Shown: positions 37,814-47,114, counted from the first letter of the stretch. The stretch: DNA of 64,000 nucleotides from Bacteroidota bacterium (GCA_049578505.1 JBAUMC010000084.1:14205-78204); one strand, 5' to 3'. The notes: generated by a model from the sequence alone, not told the origin. Numbers and translations are program-made.

Positions 37814-38644
37814 ATGGCAAAATATTCCCCATCCCCAAAATCCTATAATGCGCTTCTCTACTCAAGATCGGGATTCTCCGCCACGATTACGCTCAACCGG
37901 CCGAAAGTGCATAATGCTCTCAATCTCGAAATGTTGCAGGAACTCGGGGACGCATTGCAGAGTGCCCAGTGGGACGACGAGGTTGCGGTTATTGTCATTA
38001 CCGGAGCGGGCACGAAGGCGTTCTGCACTGGTGCGGACATCAAAGAATGGAACGATGATTTTCTGACCAAACCCGACGATTTCTATAAATGGATGGGCGT
38101 TTTCATTGAAACATTTGAGAGGCTGCGAAATATCGGTAAGCCAACGATTGCGCGATTGAACGGAATGGTCGTCGGCGGAGGAAATGAGCTTCAGATGTCG
38201 TGCGATTTTGCCATCGCAGCATCGGATGTCGTCATTAAACATGTCGGCACGTCGAGGGGAAGCGTTGCCGCTGCCGGCGGTACGCAGTGGCTGCCGATTA
38301 TCGTCGGCGACCGCCGTGCTCGCGAAATCCTCATGCTCGGAAAAGCATTAAAAGCAAAAGAAGCCCTCTCGTGGGGATTGATCAATCAGGTCGTGCCGCG
38401 AAGAAACCTCGACAGGACAGTCAATGCGATGGTAGAAACGCTGGTCAATAAATTGCCGGAATGTACACGGTATACGAAGGAACAGTTGAACTTTTGGCGC
38501 AACTTTTCGTGGGCGATGACCATCGGCCACGCAAAGGATTGGCTTACGGTTCACACATCAGCACCCGAGATTGTGGAAGGGATCAGGGCGTTTAACGAAA
38601 AAAGGCCGATTGATTATAAAAAGCTCCGTTCGATGAAGAAATAG
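37814..38644 (+). CDS. enoyl-CoA hydratase/isomerase (crotonase) family protein
   Basis: ITGAGTKAFCTGADIKE and GMVVGGGNELQMSCDFAIA are the crotonase oxyanion-hole segments. Substrate unknown. Confidence 0.8.
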   Translation: MAKYSPSPKSYNALLYSRSGFSATITLNRPKVHNALNLEMLQELGDALQSAQWDDEVAVIVITGAGTKAFCTGADIKEWNDDFLTKPDDFYKWMGVFIETFERLRNIGKPTIARLNGMVVGGGNELQMSCDFAIAASDVVIKHVGTSRGSVAAAGGTQWLPIIVGDRRAREILMLGKALKAKEALSWGLINQVVPRRNLDRTVNAMVETLVNKLPECTRYTKEQLNFWRNFSWAMTIGHAKDWLTVHTSAPEIVEGIRAFNEKRPIDYKKLRSMKK

Positions 38645-38771
38645 TTATTCGAATTTCCAGAAAAGACATACGTATCGAGTTTTATAAAAGATCCGCGGTT
38701 GAAAACGGTTTCCTAGTATTGTCGTTCCAGAGTACGCTCACTTCCTCCTCAAAATAATTTTCGAGACCTTC

Positions 38772-39545
38772 ATGAACCTCACTACAATCATTCTGTCGAA
38801 GGAACCGGGGTTTGCAATTCTCCAGTTGAACCGTCCCGATGTGTTGAATGCAATTAACATGAAATTGATGGAAGAGTTGGTCTCTGCACTCGAAGAACTG
38901 GATAAAGACATCGATGTTCGCTGCATCATCATTACCGGAAACGAAAAGGCGTTTGCTGCCGGAGCTGACATCAAAGAAATGGCGGACGCCTCTGCGATTG
39001 AAATGCTGCAGCGCGACCAGTTCGCTCGCTGGGACCGCATCCGTAAAATTAAAAAACCGATCATCGCTGCCGTGGGAGGGTTTGCACTCGGCGGCGGCTG
39101 CGAGCTTGCGATGACCTGTGACATCATTATCGCCTCTGAATCGGCGAAATTTGGGCAGCCGGAAATCAATCTCGGTGTTATTCCCGGTGCGGGGGGAACA
39201 CAGCGCCTCACACGGTCCGTCGGCAAATACAAAGCGATGGAAATGGTGCTGACTGGCTCTATGATCACCGCCGAAGAAGCAAGGCAATGGGGGCTCGTCG
39301 TCAAAGTAGTGCCGAATGAATATCTCATGGAGGAAGCGAAAAGCATTGCGAAGGTCATTGCATCGAAACCAGCAGTTGCAGTTCGCCTTGGGAAAGAAGC
39401 GATTCTTAAGTCATTCGACACTACGATTGAAGGAGGCCTCGAATTTGAACGGAAAAATTTCTACATGCTTTTTGCGAGCGAAGACCAAAAGGAAGGGATG
39501 AGGGCATTTGTAGAGAAGAGAAAAGCGGGGTGGAAAGGGGAATGA
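38772..39545 (+). CDS. short-chain enoyl-CoA hydratase (PaaF/Crt-like)
   Basis: ITGNEKAFAAGADIKEM and GFALGGGCELAMTCDIIIASESAKFGQPEINLGVIPGAGGTQRL. Confidence 0.85.
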   Translation: MNLTTIILSKEPGFAILQLNRPDVLNAINMKLMEELVSALEELDKDIDVRCIIITGNEKAFAAGADIKEMADASAIEMLQRDQFARWDRIRKIKKPIIAAVGGFALGGGCELAMTCDIIIASESAKFGQPEINLGVIPGAGGTQRLTRSVGKYKAMEMVLTGSMITAEEARQWGLVVKVVPNEYLMEEAKSIAKVIASKPAVAVRLGKEAILKSFDTTIEGGLEFERKNFYMLFASEDQKEGMRAFVEKRKAGWKGE

Positions 39546-39583
39546 AATAAATGGTGCGACTCACTTTGAAAGAGAGTCGCACC
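39541..39583 (-). terminator. intrinsic terminator after the PQQ-type dehydrogenase gene
   Basis: Perfect 10-bp stem ggtgcgactc (39553-39562) / gagtcgcacc (39574-39583). On the minus strand it is followed by ATTTATTTCATT. Confidence 0.55.
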
Positions 39584-39590
39584 GCGGTGT

Positions 39591-40862
39591 CTACCGGGCG
39601 GGCGAAATAATTGCGATGAACTGCGTTATATCGTCGGAACTGAGATACAGATCTCCCCGCATGTCGGTTGCCACTCCAACCGGGCGTCCCCAGACAGTTT
39701 TTTGAGAAATCGCGCCGGTCGGTTGAAACCCCGTAACAACGTCGGTGACATATTCTGCAGCTGTATCCTGGTCAGTTTTAAATTTTAAGAATACAAGTTT
39801 GTAGCCTGTCGGAACTGTTCGGTTCCATGAACCGCGAAATACGACGAACGCGCCGGTCTGAAGCTGCGGTGGGAAAGATGGATTTGAAAATTGAATTGCC
39901 ATCGGTGCGGAGTGTGCCTGGACGAGCGCCGCAGGTTGTTTCATTGACTGCACGTGTTCGCTGTCGACTGCCGTCAACGGAAGCAACGCCCGGTATTCGT
40001 CGTGTGCGTTAAAATTGAAATAAATTCCGTTTGCGTAAGCAAATGGGTGGCCGTAGAACCCGCCGTCGCGGACGATGTCGATCCATTCGGGAGGAATATC
40101 GTTCCCTTCCCAATCGCTTCCATTATTTGTCGCCCATAACCGTCCGTTGTGCATTGTCATTCCGACGGCGTTTCGTATACCGGAGGCAAAAGTGCGGCGT
40201 CCTGTGCCGTCATCGTTATATTCTTCGATGATCGCCCTAAAGTCTTCGCGGCAAACATTACAGGATGAGCCGATTGAGAGATACATTTTTTTCCGCGCAG
40301 CATCGAAAACAATCGTCCGGGTATCATGCCCTCCTAAAGGATAACGACCCTCCATCCCAACGTTAGCGATAAAGACTTTCTTTGTTTCATATATCCCGTC
40401 GCCGTTTTCATCGGTGCACTTTGTGATTTGATGCTCCTCTGCCACGTACATTGCTCCTTGGTAAAATGTCACGTCGTGCGATTTCTGAAATCCAGAAGCG
40501 ACGACAATCCCCGTGTCCGCAACGCCATCGTGGTCACGATCCGGCATTGCAATAATTTCACCGCTGTTTTTGTTCGCGACATACAACACACTGTCTGGCC
40601 CCCATGCGAAGAAACGCGCCTTGCTTAATCTTCCTGCATAATACACTTTTGCTGTGTACCCTTCTGGGACGTTCAGCACAAGATCATCTTTGACCATCCC
40701 CTTAAATTTTTCAGGCACAATAAGCTTGACTTGAACAAGTTTCGCTTCCCTCACGGGCGTCATGTGTACAGAAGGAGGGAGTCCTTGGGCCAGACAACAT
40801 GAGGTAAAGATGAACAGGCAGGGAATCCTCAACATAAGATCACGGACAAGAATTTTTTTCAT
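39591..40862 (-). CDS. PQQ-dependent sugar (glucose/sorbosone) dehydrogenase-like beta-propeller, secreted
   Basis: Signal peptide. Also SIGSSCNVC, WATNNGSDWEGNDIPPEW and GGFYGHPF, typical of soluble aldose dehydrogenase-like propellers. Confidence 0.7.
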   Translation of the reverse strand: MKKILVRDLMLRIPCLFIFTSCCLAQGLPPSVHMTPVREAKLVQVKLIVPEKFKGMVKDDLVLNVPEGYTAKVYYAGRLSKARFFAWGPDSVLYVANKNSGEIIAMPDRDHDGVADTGIVVASGFQKSHDVTFYQGAMYVAEEHQITKCTDENGDGIYETKKVFIANVGMEGRYPLGGHDTRTIVFDAARKKMYLSIGSSCNVCREDFRAIIEEYNDDGTGRRTFASGIRNAVGMTMHNGRLWATNNGSDWEGNDIPPEWIDIVRDGGFYGHPFAYANGIYFNFNAHDEYRALLPLTAVDSEHVQSMKQPAALVQAHSAPMAIQFSNPSFPPQLQTGAFVVFRGSWNRTVPTGYKLVFLKFKTDQDTAAEYVTDVVTGFQPTGAISQKTVWGRPVGVATDMRGDLYLSSDDITQFIAIISPAR

Positions 40863-41083
40863 ACAAAACCTCCAGCACCAAATTGCATTATGCTTGATTT
40901 ATCACCCCTGAATTGCCTCGGTTTTTCGATCGTTCGCGGCTATGCTGCCACCAGTCAACAGACCCAAAACCTAACCCCTTATCTGATGATACTAAGAAAA
41001 AAAAGACCTATATTCAACACTAAATCATCCGAATCCCACGGGATTCCAGCCTCTTTTTTTGGTCATAAGCGAACTTTTACTTC

Positions 41084-41869
41084 ATGACAAACTATAACAC
41101 GCTTCTTGCTTCAACGGTAAACTCTGTCCTCACCATCACGCTTAATCGTCCCGAGAGCTACAATGCTCTGAACGAAGGGATGAAGAAAGAACTGAACGAT
41201 GCTTTCAAGCAAGCTGAAAAAGATGATTCAGTTCGCTGCATCGTTCTCCGTGGGGCAGGGGAGAAAGCATTTTGTTCGGGACAGGATTTGAAAGAACATA
41301 GCAGCGCAGGTCGATCCCTCAAGGAATCGCTTGAAAAAAGCTATAATCCCCTTATAAGAAAAATGCGTACGCTTGAAAAGCCGATCGTTGGAATGATCAA
41401 CGGCGTTGCCGCAGGGGCTGGCCTAAGTATCGCCCTCGCCTGCGACATGCGTATCATGTCGGACACTGCGAAGCTGATCGAGGTGTTTATTCGTATCGGT
41501 TTGGTCCCCGATTCAGGGTCGCATTGGTTCCTTCCCCGGCTGGTGGGAATGGCAAAAGCATTTGAATATGCCGCAACGGGGCGCGACATCGATGCTGCTG
41601 AAGCTGAGCGTGTCGGCCTGGTTAACCGAGTTGTCCATGCTTCGGAATTGGAAAAGTCGGTAATCGATATCGCGGAAAAACTTGCGGCGGCTCCAACGCG
41701 CTCGATTGGCCTCATCAAACGGACTCTCAACAAATCTCTTGCAAGTGATCTGGATTCGCTGTTGGAGTACGAAGCGGTCATCCAAGAGATTGCATCGAAC
41801 ACGGAAGACTATCGGGAGGGCGTAAAAGCGTTCCTGGAAAAAAGAGAGGCAAGATTTAAGGGGAGATAA
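41084..41869 (+). CDS. paaG: enoyl-CoA hydratase/isomerase, PaaG-like (ring 1,2-epoxyphenylacetyl-CoA isomerase)
   Basis: LRGAGEKAFCSGQDLKE and a crotonase fold, adjacent to paaABCD. The gene symbol rests on context. Confidence 0.65.
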   Translation: MTNYNTLLASTVNSVLTITLNRPESYNALNEGMKKELNDAFKQAEKDDSVRCIVLRGAGEKAFCSGQDLKEHSSAGRSLKESLEKSYNPLIRKMRTLEKPIVGMINGVAAGAGLSIALACDMRIMSDTAKLIEVFIRIGLVPDSGSHWFLPRLVGMAKAFEYAATGRDIDAAEAERVGLVNRVVHASELEKSVIDIAEKLAAAPTRSIGLIKRTLNKSLASDLDSLLEYEAVIQEIASNTEDYREGVKAFLEKREARFKGR

Positions 41870-41912
41870 ATCGATGGTCGATGACTAATCAATGCCGTCG
41901 CGTTTCTCCGGG

Positions 41913-41940
41913 AGAGACGAAATATGCTCGTCTCTGTTTA
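41913..41940. terminator. weak hairpin between convergent paaG and paaD
   Basis: agagacga (41913-41920) pairs with tcgtctct (41928-41935), then gtttat. The U-run is poor. Confidence 0.3.
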
Positions 41941-41956
41941 TCGGCCGCGGGTGAGC

Positions 41957-42451
41957 CTAGATTTCTTTGAAATATTCGAACGGCTGTTTACAATTATTGC
42001 AGTAATAAAAAGATTTGCACGCGGTGGAGCCAAACTCACTTCTCAATTCTGTTTCCTTCGAGCCGCAAAACGGGCATGCTACTGATTCTCTTAACCTTGG
42101 AAGAAGGATGATTACCTCATCCTCGCTTCTTCGAGGCGGGGCAATCCCGTAATCTTTTAGCTTTTGTTTTGTTGAACTGCTCAACCACTCCGTTGTCCAC
42201 ACGGGTGAATAAACTATGTTGACGTTAATATTTGTAAAACCATTCACATTGAGGGCTGTAACAATGTCATCCTCAATCACCTTCATCGCCGGGCAGCCGG
42301 AGTAGGTTGGTGTAATCTCGACGTTCACTCTCCCCTCGCTGAATTCCACATTCCTCACGATTCCCATTTCAACGATGTTCAGAACCGGAATTTCCGGGTC
42401 GTGAACTTCGCTCAGTATTTTCAATAAATCCTCTTTTGTCGAGCAATGCAC
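41957..42451 (-). CDS. paaD: 1,2-phenylacetyl-CoA epoxidase subunit D
   Basis: VHDPEIPVLNIVEMGIVR (DUF59-like) plus a C-terminal Cys cluster CPFCGS...CKSFYYCNNC. GTG start. Confidence 0.85.
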   Translation of the reverse strand: MHCSTKEDLLKILSEVHDPEIPVLNIVEMGIVRNVEFSEGRVNVEITPTYSGCPAMKVIEDDIVTALNVNGFTNINVNIVYSPVWTTEWLSSSTKQKLKDYGIAPPRRSEDEVIILLPRLRESVACPFCGSKETELRSEFGSTACKSFYYCNNCKQPFEYFKEI

Positions 42452-42457
42452 GGAAGC

Positions 42458-42534
42458 AATTAAAAATTAATAATTAAAAGTTAAAAAACTGTCAGCAATA
42501 ACAAGGCTAAGAGCTAAGAACCACGGACTGCGAA
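42458..42534. repeat. phased heptanucleotide tract, 11 units filling the paaD-paaC spacer
   Basis: aattaaa aattaat aattaaa agttaaa aaactgt cagcaat aacaagg ctaagag ctaagaa ccacgga ctgcgaa, all in one register. Confidence 0.7.
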
Positions 42535-42535
42535 C

Positions 42536-43309
42536 CTACCACTTCGCTCCCGGAAATGATCGTGCTAGGATTTGCATTTCAGCCAGCATGTGACCGAGAT
42601 GCTCGCTGTGTTTCCCGTTGCGGCTTCCGGAGAACATATGGCCGTCGTTCTCCGGGACAACAAGGGTCGCGGAGACAAGAACGCCCGTTACCAGCTCTCT
42701 CCAGTTTTTATCAAGGTCGTCTAAAGCTGGAATGATACCCTCAGAAATCAGCGCATGTTCAGTTTTATCAAGAGCAAAAAGCTCCTTTGTAAATGGCCAG
42801 AGTTCGTTTACTGAAACTTGTAAGCGGCGATGGCTTTCTTCGGTCCCGTCACCAAGGCGCAGCATCCACTCTTTTGAATGGCGAAGATGGTACGTTGCTT
42901 CCTTAAAACCTTTTGCGGCTATTCCGGCAAGCTGTTCATGAGCACTTTGTTGAAGGAACTGAAGAAGGGAAAAATTATATGCATCGAAAAAAAATTGCCG
43001 AGCGATGGTTGTTGCGAAATCGTTATTCGGTTGTTCAACGAGCAGGATGTTTGTGAATTGAATTGCCTCCCGAAAGTATGCAAAGTCGTCTTCGGTTCGC
43101 CCCGATCCTTCAATTTCCCCCGCAAGGTGCAAAAAAGCCGATGCCTGGCCGAGTTCGTCGAGTGCTATGTTCGCCAGTGCAATATCTTCTTCGAGCACAG
43201 GTGCATGCCCGCACCATTCTGAAAGCCTGTGGCCGAGCACGAGGCGGTCGTCGCCAAGCCGCAGCAAAAATTCAGTCAGGGCATCGCGTGTGTGGAAGTC
43301 GACGCTCAT
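42536..43309 (-). CDS. paaC: 1,2-phenylacetyl-CoA epoxidase subunit C
   Basis: Ferritin-like helical protein LRLGDDRLVLGHRLSEWCGHAPVLEEDIALANIALDELGQA, positioned between paaB and paaD. Confidence 0.85.
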   Translation of the reverse strand: MSVDFHTRDALTEFLLRLGDDRLVLGHRLSEWCGHAPVLEEDIALANIALDELGQASAFLHLAGEIEGSGRTEDDFAYFREAIQFTNILLVEQPNNDFATTIARQFFFDAYNFSLLQFLQQSAHEQLAGIAAKGFKEATYHLRHSKEWMLRLGDGTEESHRRLQVSVNELWPFTKELFALDKTEHALISEGIIPALDDLDKNWRELVTGVLVSATLVVPENDGHMFSGSRNGKHSEHLGHMLAEMQILARSFPGAKW

Positions 43310-43614
43310 TAGAAACCTTTAACCGATTTCGGAATCGTGTAAAATTGAGGATGACGGTAGACTTTATCATCGGCCGGGTCGAAGAAAGGATGGGTGTCCG
43401 AAGGGGCTGTTGCAGTGATAAAACGAGAAGGAACGACCCAGATGCTTATGACATTCCCGCGCCGGGCGTAAACGTCGCGAGCGTTTTGCAATGCCATTTC
43501 GGAATCAACAGCGTGAACACTCCCGGCATGTTCATGAGGCGCACCGGTTTCCCTTTGGACGAAGACTTCCCACAACTCTCCCTCGTTGTCATTCTGTAAT
43601 TTTTTTTCTGTCAT
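43309..43614 (-). CDS. paaB: 1,2-phenylacetyl-CoA epoxidase subunit B
   Basis: WEVFVQRETGAPHEHAGSVHAVDSEMALQNARDVYARR is a typical PaaB. 1-nt overlap with paaC. Confidence 0.9.
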   Translation of the reverse strand: MTEKKLQNDNEGELWEVFVQRETGAPHEHAGSVHAVDSEMALQNARDVYARRGNVISIWVVPSRFITATAPSDTHPFFDPADDKVYRHPQFYTIPKSVKGF

Positions 43615-43635
43615 ACTGCATATCCAATTCGAATC

Positions 43636-44610
43636 TCAATCTTTGTGTTGTTTCGAGTGCTTCGTGGATTGGTTCTTTTTCTTTTTTTCAGCATACGCCT
43701 GTGCAGCATCTCGCACCCAGGCACCGTCGGCATCGGCCGTCCGGCGTGCGCTCATCCTCTCTTTATTGCATGGACCGTTCCCCTTGATGACATCGTAAAA
43801 TTCATTCCAGTTAATTTGCCCAAAAGACCAGGAGCCTTTCTTTTCATCGAAGCGAAGCTCGGGATCCGGCAAAGTGAGGTTCGCCGCTTTCGCCTGCGGA
43901 ACAGTGATATCGACGAAACGCTGGCGCAATTCGTCGTTGCCATGCAGTTTTATTTTCCATCGGAGAAGGTCCGCGCTGTTCGGCGAATTTGAATCGGGAG
44001 GACCGAACATCATCAATGACGGCCACCACCAGCGGTTCACAGCTTCTTGAACCATCGCTCTCTGTTCCGGCATTCCGGAAGAAAGGGTAACGACGATTTC
44101 GTATCCCTGTCTTTTATGGAAATTTTCTTCCTTGCAGATGCGAAGGTTTGCGCGGGAGTACGGACCGTATGAACACTTCGCCAACATTGTCTGGTTCACG
44201 ATTGCAGCGCCGTCTACAAACCAGCCGATAACGCCGACGTCCGCCCAGGAGAGTGTTGGGTAGTTAAATATGTGAGAGTACTTTGCCTTCCCGGCCAACA
44301 ACGCTTCGATCATATCACGTCGGCCAACGCCGAGTGTTTCGGCAGCGCAATAAAGATAAAGTCCATGCCCTGCTTCGTCCTGCACTTTAGCCAGCAGGGC
44401 CATTTTCCTCCGCAAGTTCGGAGCCCTTGTAATCCAGTTTCCTTCCGGCAGCATACCAACGATCTCAGAATGCGCATGCTGTGAAATCATTCGTACAAGC
44501 TGTTGCCGATATCGCTCCGGCATCCAGTCCTTTGGCTCGATTTTTTCGCCCCGGTTAATGCGCTCTTCGAAATGTGCAAGCAGGGCCTGCTGGTCTTTTA
44601 GGTCGGGCAT
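43636..44610 (-). CDS. paaA: 1,2-phenylacetyl-CoA epoxidase catalytic subunit A
   Basis: The Met at 44610 gives [18 protein letters not shown]... Di-iron ligand regions QHAHSEIVG and VQDEAGHG. Lys-rich C-terminal tail. The longest ORF extends to 44715. Confidence 0.9.
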   Translation of the reverse strand: MPDLKDQQALLAHFEERINRGEKIEPKDWMPERYRQQLVRMISQHAHSEIVGMLPEGNWITRAPNLRRKMALLAKVQDEAGHGLYLYCAAETLGVGRRDMIEALLAGKAKYSHIFNYPTLSWADVGVIGWFVDGAAIVNQTMLAKCSYGPYSRANLRICKEENFHKRQGYEIVVTLSSGMPEQRAMVQEAVNRWWWPSLMMFGPPDSNSPNSADLLRWKIKLHGNDELRQRFVDITVPQAKAANLTLPDPELRFDEKKGSWSFGQINWNEFYDVIKGNGPCNKERMSARRTADADGAWVRDAAQAYAEKKKKNQSTKHSKQHKD

Positions 44611-44806
44611 ATTCTGTATAGGCAAATTTGAGGTGGTATGTACGAAACTACTTAATTGCCCTCTCAAAAACAAGATACCGACGTTACATTTTACTTCGGA
44701 CATCTCCTGAAACAAGATGGTGCCGTTGCCTTTCTACCAACCTTTAGGTATTATTCTGCCGCAGGGCGCGTTTGAAACGTCGCCCTCACACTTTACTCAA
44801 ATTTAC

Positions 44807-44855
44807 AACCTAGAACCTAGAACCTAGGACTTAGAACTCAGGACTTAGGACATAC
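44807..44855. repeat. phased heptanucleotide tract (aacctag x3, gacttag, aactcag, gacttag, gacatac)
   Basis: Seven in-phase units ending 12 nt before the paaH ATG. Confidence 0.85.
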
Positions 44856-44866
44856 TTCTTCAAAAC

Positions 44867-45715
44867 ATGTCTCTTTCAATTGGAATTGTTGGAGTCGGAA
44901 CAATGGGAACTGGCATCGCTCGCGTTGCCGCTCTCAACATGTTCAACGTCTCCCTTTACGACATCAATGAAACGGTTGTCCTCAACGGCATTGCCCGCAT
45001 TAGATCCGAGATGAAGAAAAGCGTTGAAAAGCAAAAACTTACGCAGGACGAAATGAACAATGCGATGCCGCGCATCCACGCCCGCACCAAACTTTCCGAC
45101 CTGGGCCATTGCGACATTGTGATTGAAGCGGTTCTTGAGGACCTTCGGATAAAGAAAGACCTCTTCAGGCATCTTGAAGCAGACGTAAGGCCGGAGACCA
45201 TTCTTGCCACGAACACCTCATCGCTTTCCATTACCGCCATCGCGGCGGGAGTGAAAAGACCTGATCGCGTTGTGGGGCTCCATTTTTTCAATCCGGTGCA
45301 CTTGATGAAGCTCGTTGAGGTGGTGAGGGGAGCACAAACATCCGAAGAAACAATGGAACGGGGAATAGAGTTTGGGGAAAAAATTGGAAAAACATGCGTG
45401 CGAGTAAAAGATACTCCCGGCTTTATTGTGAATCGCGTCGCACGTCCGTTCTATGGCGAGGCGCTCCGGATTTTAGGGGAAGGGATTGCATCGGCGGAAG
45501 ATATCGACCGCATCGTGAAAGGCGAAGGGGGATTCACTATGGGTCCGTTTGAACTGATGGACTTGATCGGCATTGATGTGAACCTTGCCGTGACGCAGTC
45601 CGTCTACGAACAATTCTTCAACGACCCGCGCTACCGTCCGCATCCGATTCAGCGTCAGATGGTTGATGCGGGAAAGCTCGGCAGAAAAAGCGGAAAAGGG
45701 TTTTACACCTATTGA
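44867..45715 (+). CDS. paaH: 3-hydroxyacyl/3-hydroxybutyryl-CoA dehydrogenase
   Basis: [14 protein letters not shown] (Rossmann), [18 protein letters not shown] and a C-terminal dimerisation domain. The symbol rests on context. Confidence 0.8.
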   Translation: MSLSIGIVGVGTMGTGIARVAALNMFNVSLYDINETVVLNGIARIRSEMKKSVEKQKLTQDEMNNAMPRIHARTKLSDLGHCDIVIEAVLEDLRIKKDLFRHLEADVRPETILATNTSSLSITAIAAGVKRPDRVVGLHFFNPVHLMKLVEVVRGAQTSEETMERGIEFGEKIGKTCVRVKDTPGFIVNRVARPFYGEALRILGEGIASAEDIDRIVKGEGGFTMGPFELMDLIGIDVNLAVTQSVYEQFFNDPRYRPHPIQRQMVDAGKLGRKSGKGFYTY

Positions 45716-46434
45716 ACTTGCCCAAAAAAAATCATCTCTCAGCATTCATCGTCGGCGATGATTCGCTCGTTGCTGAATATTCCGACATCGCTGCCGCCTC
45801 AAACTATGTCATTATTTCTCCAGATAAAATTAACAGCCTTAAACCGATTGCTGGAAAAATCTCTATCGCTGTAGAGCTGAGCAATCTCGACCTCGACCGG
45901 AAGAAAAGGAATCTGGCAGCGATGGATAAAGCCCTGCCTGAAACAACTGCCATCCTTAGTTCTTCGGTCGTATGGTCCGTTCTTGATCAAGCGCAATGGG
46001 TAGCGATGAAACACCGGCTTGTCGGTATAGCTGCGCTGCCGACATTGATTAGCAATTCTGTTGTAGAGGTTTCGCCTTCCATATATACGAACGAATCAGC
46101 AGTTGATGTTGCACGGAGATTTTTTGCATCAGTAAAAAAGGATATCGCAATCGTCCAGGACAGGGTTGGGATGGTGATGCCGAGAATTCTATGTCAGATT
46201 ATCAACGAAGCGATGTTTGCGGTGCAGCAAGATGTTGCGGCCCCCAAGGATCTCGACACGGCGATGAAACTCGGGATGAATTTCCCTTCGGGGCCTTTAG
46301 AATGGGGGGAAAAAATCGGATTCAAGCATGTATACGCAGTTCTCGACGCAGTGTACGCTGATCTGGGGGAAGAACGTTATCGTATTTGTCCGCTGCTGAA
46401 GGAAATTGCTGTGACAGGAAAATTTTGGGGATGA
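45712..46434 (+). CDS. 3-hydroxyacyl-CoA dehydrogenase paralog with degenerate NAD-binding and catalytic motifs
   Basis: Same fold pattern ([48 protein letters not shown]), but the glycine loop is VGDDSL and HFFNP is replaced by IAALP. TTG start overlapping the paaH stop (TTGA). Confidence 0.65.
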   Translation: MNLPKKNHLSAFIVGDDSLVAEYSDIAAASNYVIISPDKINSLKPIAGKISIAVELSNLDLDRKKRNLAAMDKALPETTAILSSSVVWSVLDQAQWVAMKHRLVGIAALPTLISNSVVEVSPSIYTNESAVDVARRFFASVKKDIAIVQDRVGMVMPRILCQIINEAMFAVQQDVAAPKDLDTAMKLGMNFPSGPLEWGEKIGFKHVYAVLDAVYADLGEERYRICPLLKEIAVTGKFWG

Positions 46435-46442
46435 AATATTCG

Positions 46443-46473
46443 GCCATCCGATTGCTTTAGGCAATCGGATGGC
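46443..46473. repeat. REP-like hairpin 1 (upstream of RAYT)
   Basis: gccatccgattgc - tttag - gcaatcggatggc, a perfect 13-bp stem. Confidence 0.75.
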
Positions 46474-46496
46474 TGACCTATAATCGGGGGGGAACA

Positions 46497-47072
46497 ATGA
46501 AATATCGTGACAGCTGTTATTACCATGTCTACAATCGGGGATCACGAAAAGGGAACATCTTTTTTTCAAAAGAAAATTACGATTATTTCCTCCGACTTGT
46601 TAAAGCCAACTCTAATAAATATTCGACTTCAATTATTGCATGTTGTCTGATGCCGAATCATTATCACCTGTTGCTTTTTCAACGAGAAGGCGGAAGTATT
46701 TCAAAGACGCTGCAAACAACGCTCAATTCTTATGTGCAAGCCGTTAACAAAAGGTATAAATTCAGCGGTTCTCTATTTCAAGGTAAAGTAAAATCCATCC
46801 TAGTTGAAAGAGACAAATACCTAGTTCATCTTGTGCGGTATATTCATTTAAATCCCGTTAAGGCAAAGCTTGCCCTCTCTCCCATTCAATGGGAGTATTC
46901 AGACTATTCGCGTTGGGTGGAAAACGGCAAGCCATCCGATAGCTTAAAGCTATCGGATGGCTTTATTGGTTTGCGAAATTCGTATTTCGGCGGGGGAAAT
47001 AATTACCGAGAGTTCGTTGAAGGGTATGATTACAAGGCCGTTGGAACGTTTACGAAATATTTTCTCGAATGA
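46497..47072 (+). CDS. REP-associated tyrosine transposase (RAYT; IS200/IS605-like HUH Y1 transposase)
   Basis: YHVYNRGSRKGNIF, the HUH motif in LMPNHYHLLL, and a catalytic Tyr region VRYIHLNPVKAKL. Flanked by REP-like hairpins. Confidence 0.8.
   Translation: MKYRDSCYYHVYNRGSRKGNIFFSKENYDYFLRLVKANSNKYSTSIIACCLMPNHYHLLLFQREGGSISKTLQTTLNSYVQAVNKRYKFSGSLFQGKVKSILVERDKYLVHLVRYIHLNPVKAKLALSPIQWEYSDYSRWVENGKPSDSLKLSDGFIGLRNSYFGGGNNYREFVEGYDYKAVGTFTKYFLE
46931..46961. repeat. REP-like hairpin 2 (inside the RAYT ORF)
   Basis: gccatccgatagc - ttaaa - gctatcggatggc, a perfect 13-bp stem. It differs from hairpin 1 by one compensated base pair. Confidence 0.7.
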
Positions 47073-47078
47073 AGAGAA

Positions 47079-47107
47079 CGATCTGATTGCTTAAAGCAAT
47101 CAGATCG
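47079..47107. repeat. REP-like hairpin 3 (between RAYT and the amidase gene)
   Basis: cgatctgattgc - ttaaa - gcaatcagatcg, a perfect 12-bp stem related to hairpins 1 and 2. It may also terminate the convergent genes. Confidence 0.7.
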
Positions 47108-47114
47108 CTTCCCC

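Noticed and set aside
38682-39421. Two overlapping minus-strand ORFs (201 and 227 aa)
   Set aside because: Both are antisense to the PaaF-like crotonase gene, which has clear family motifs. They are shadow ORFs.
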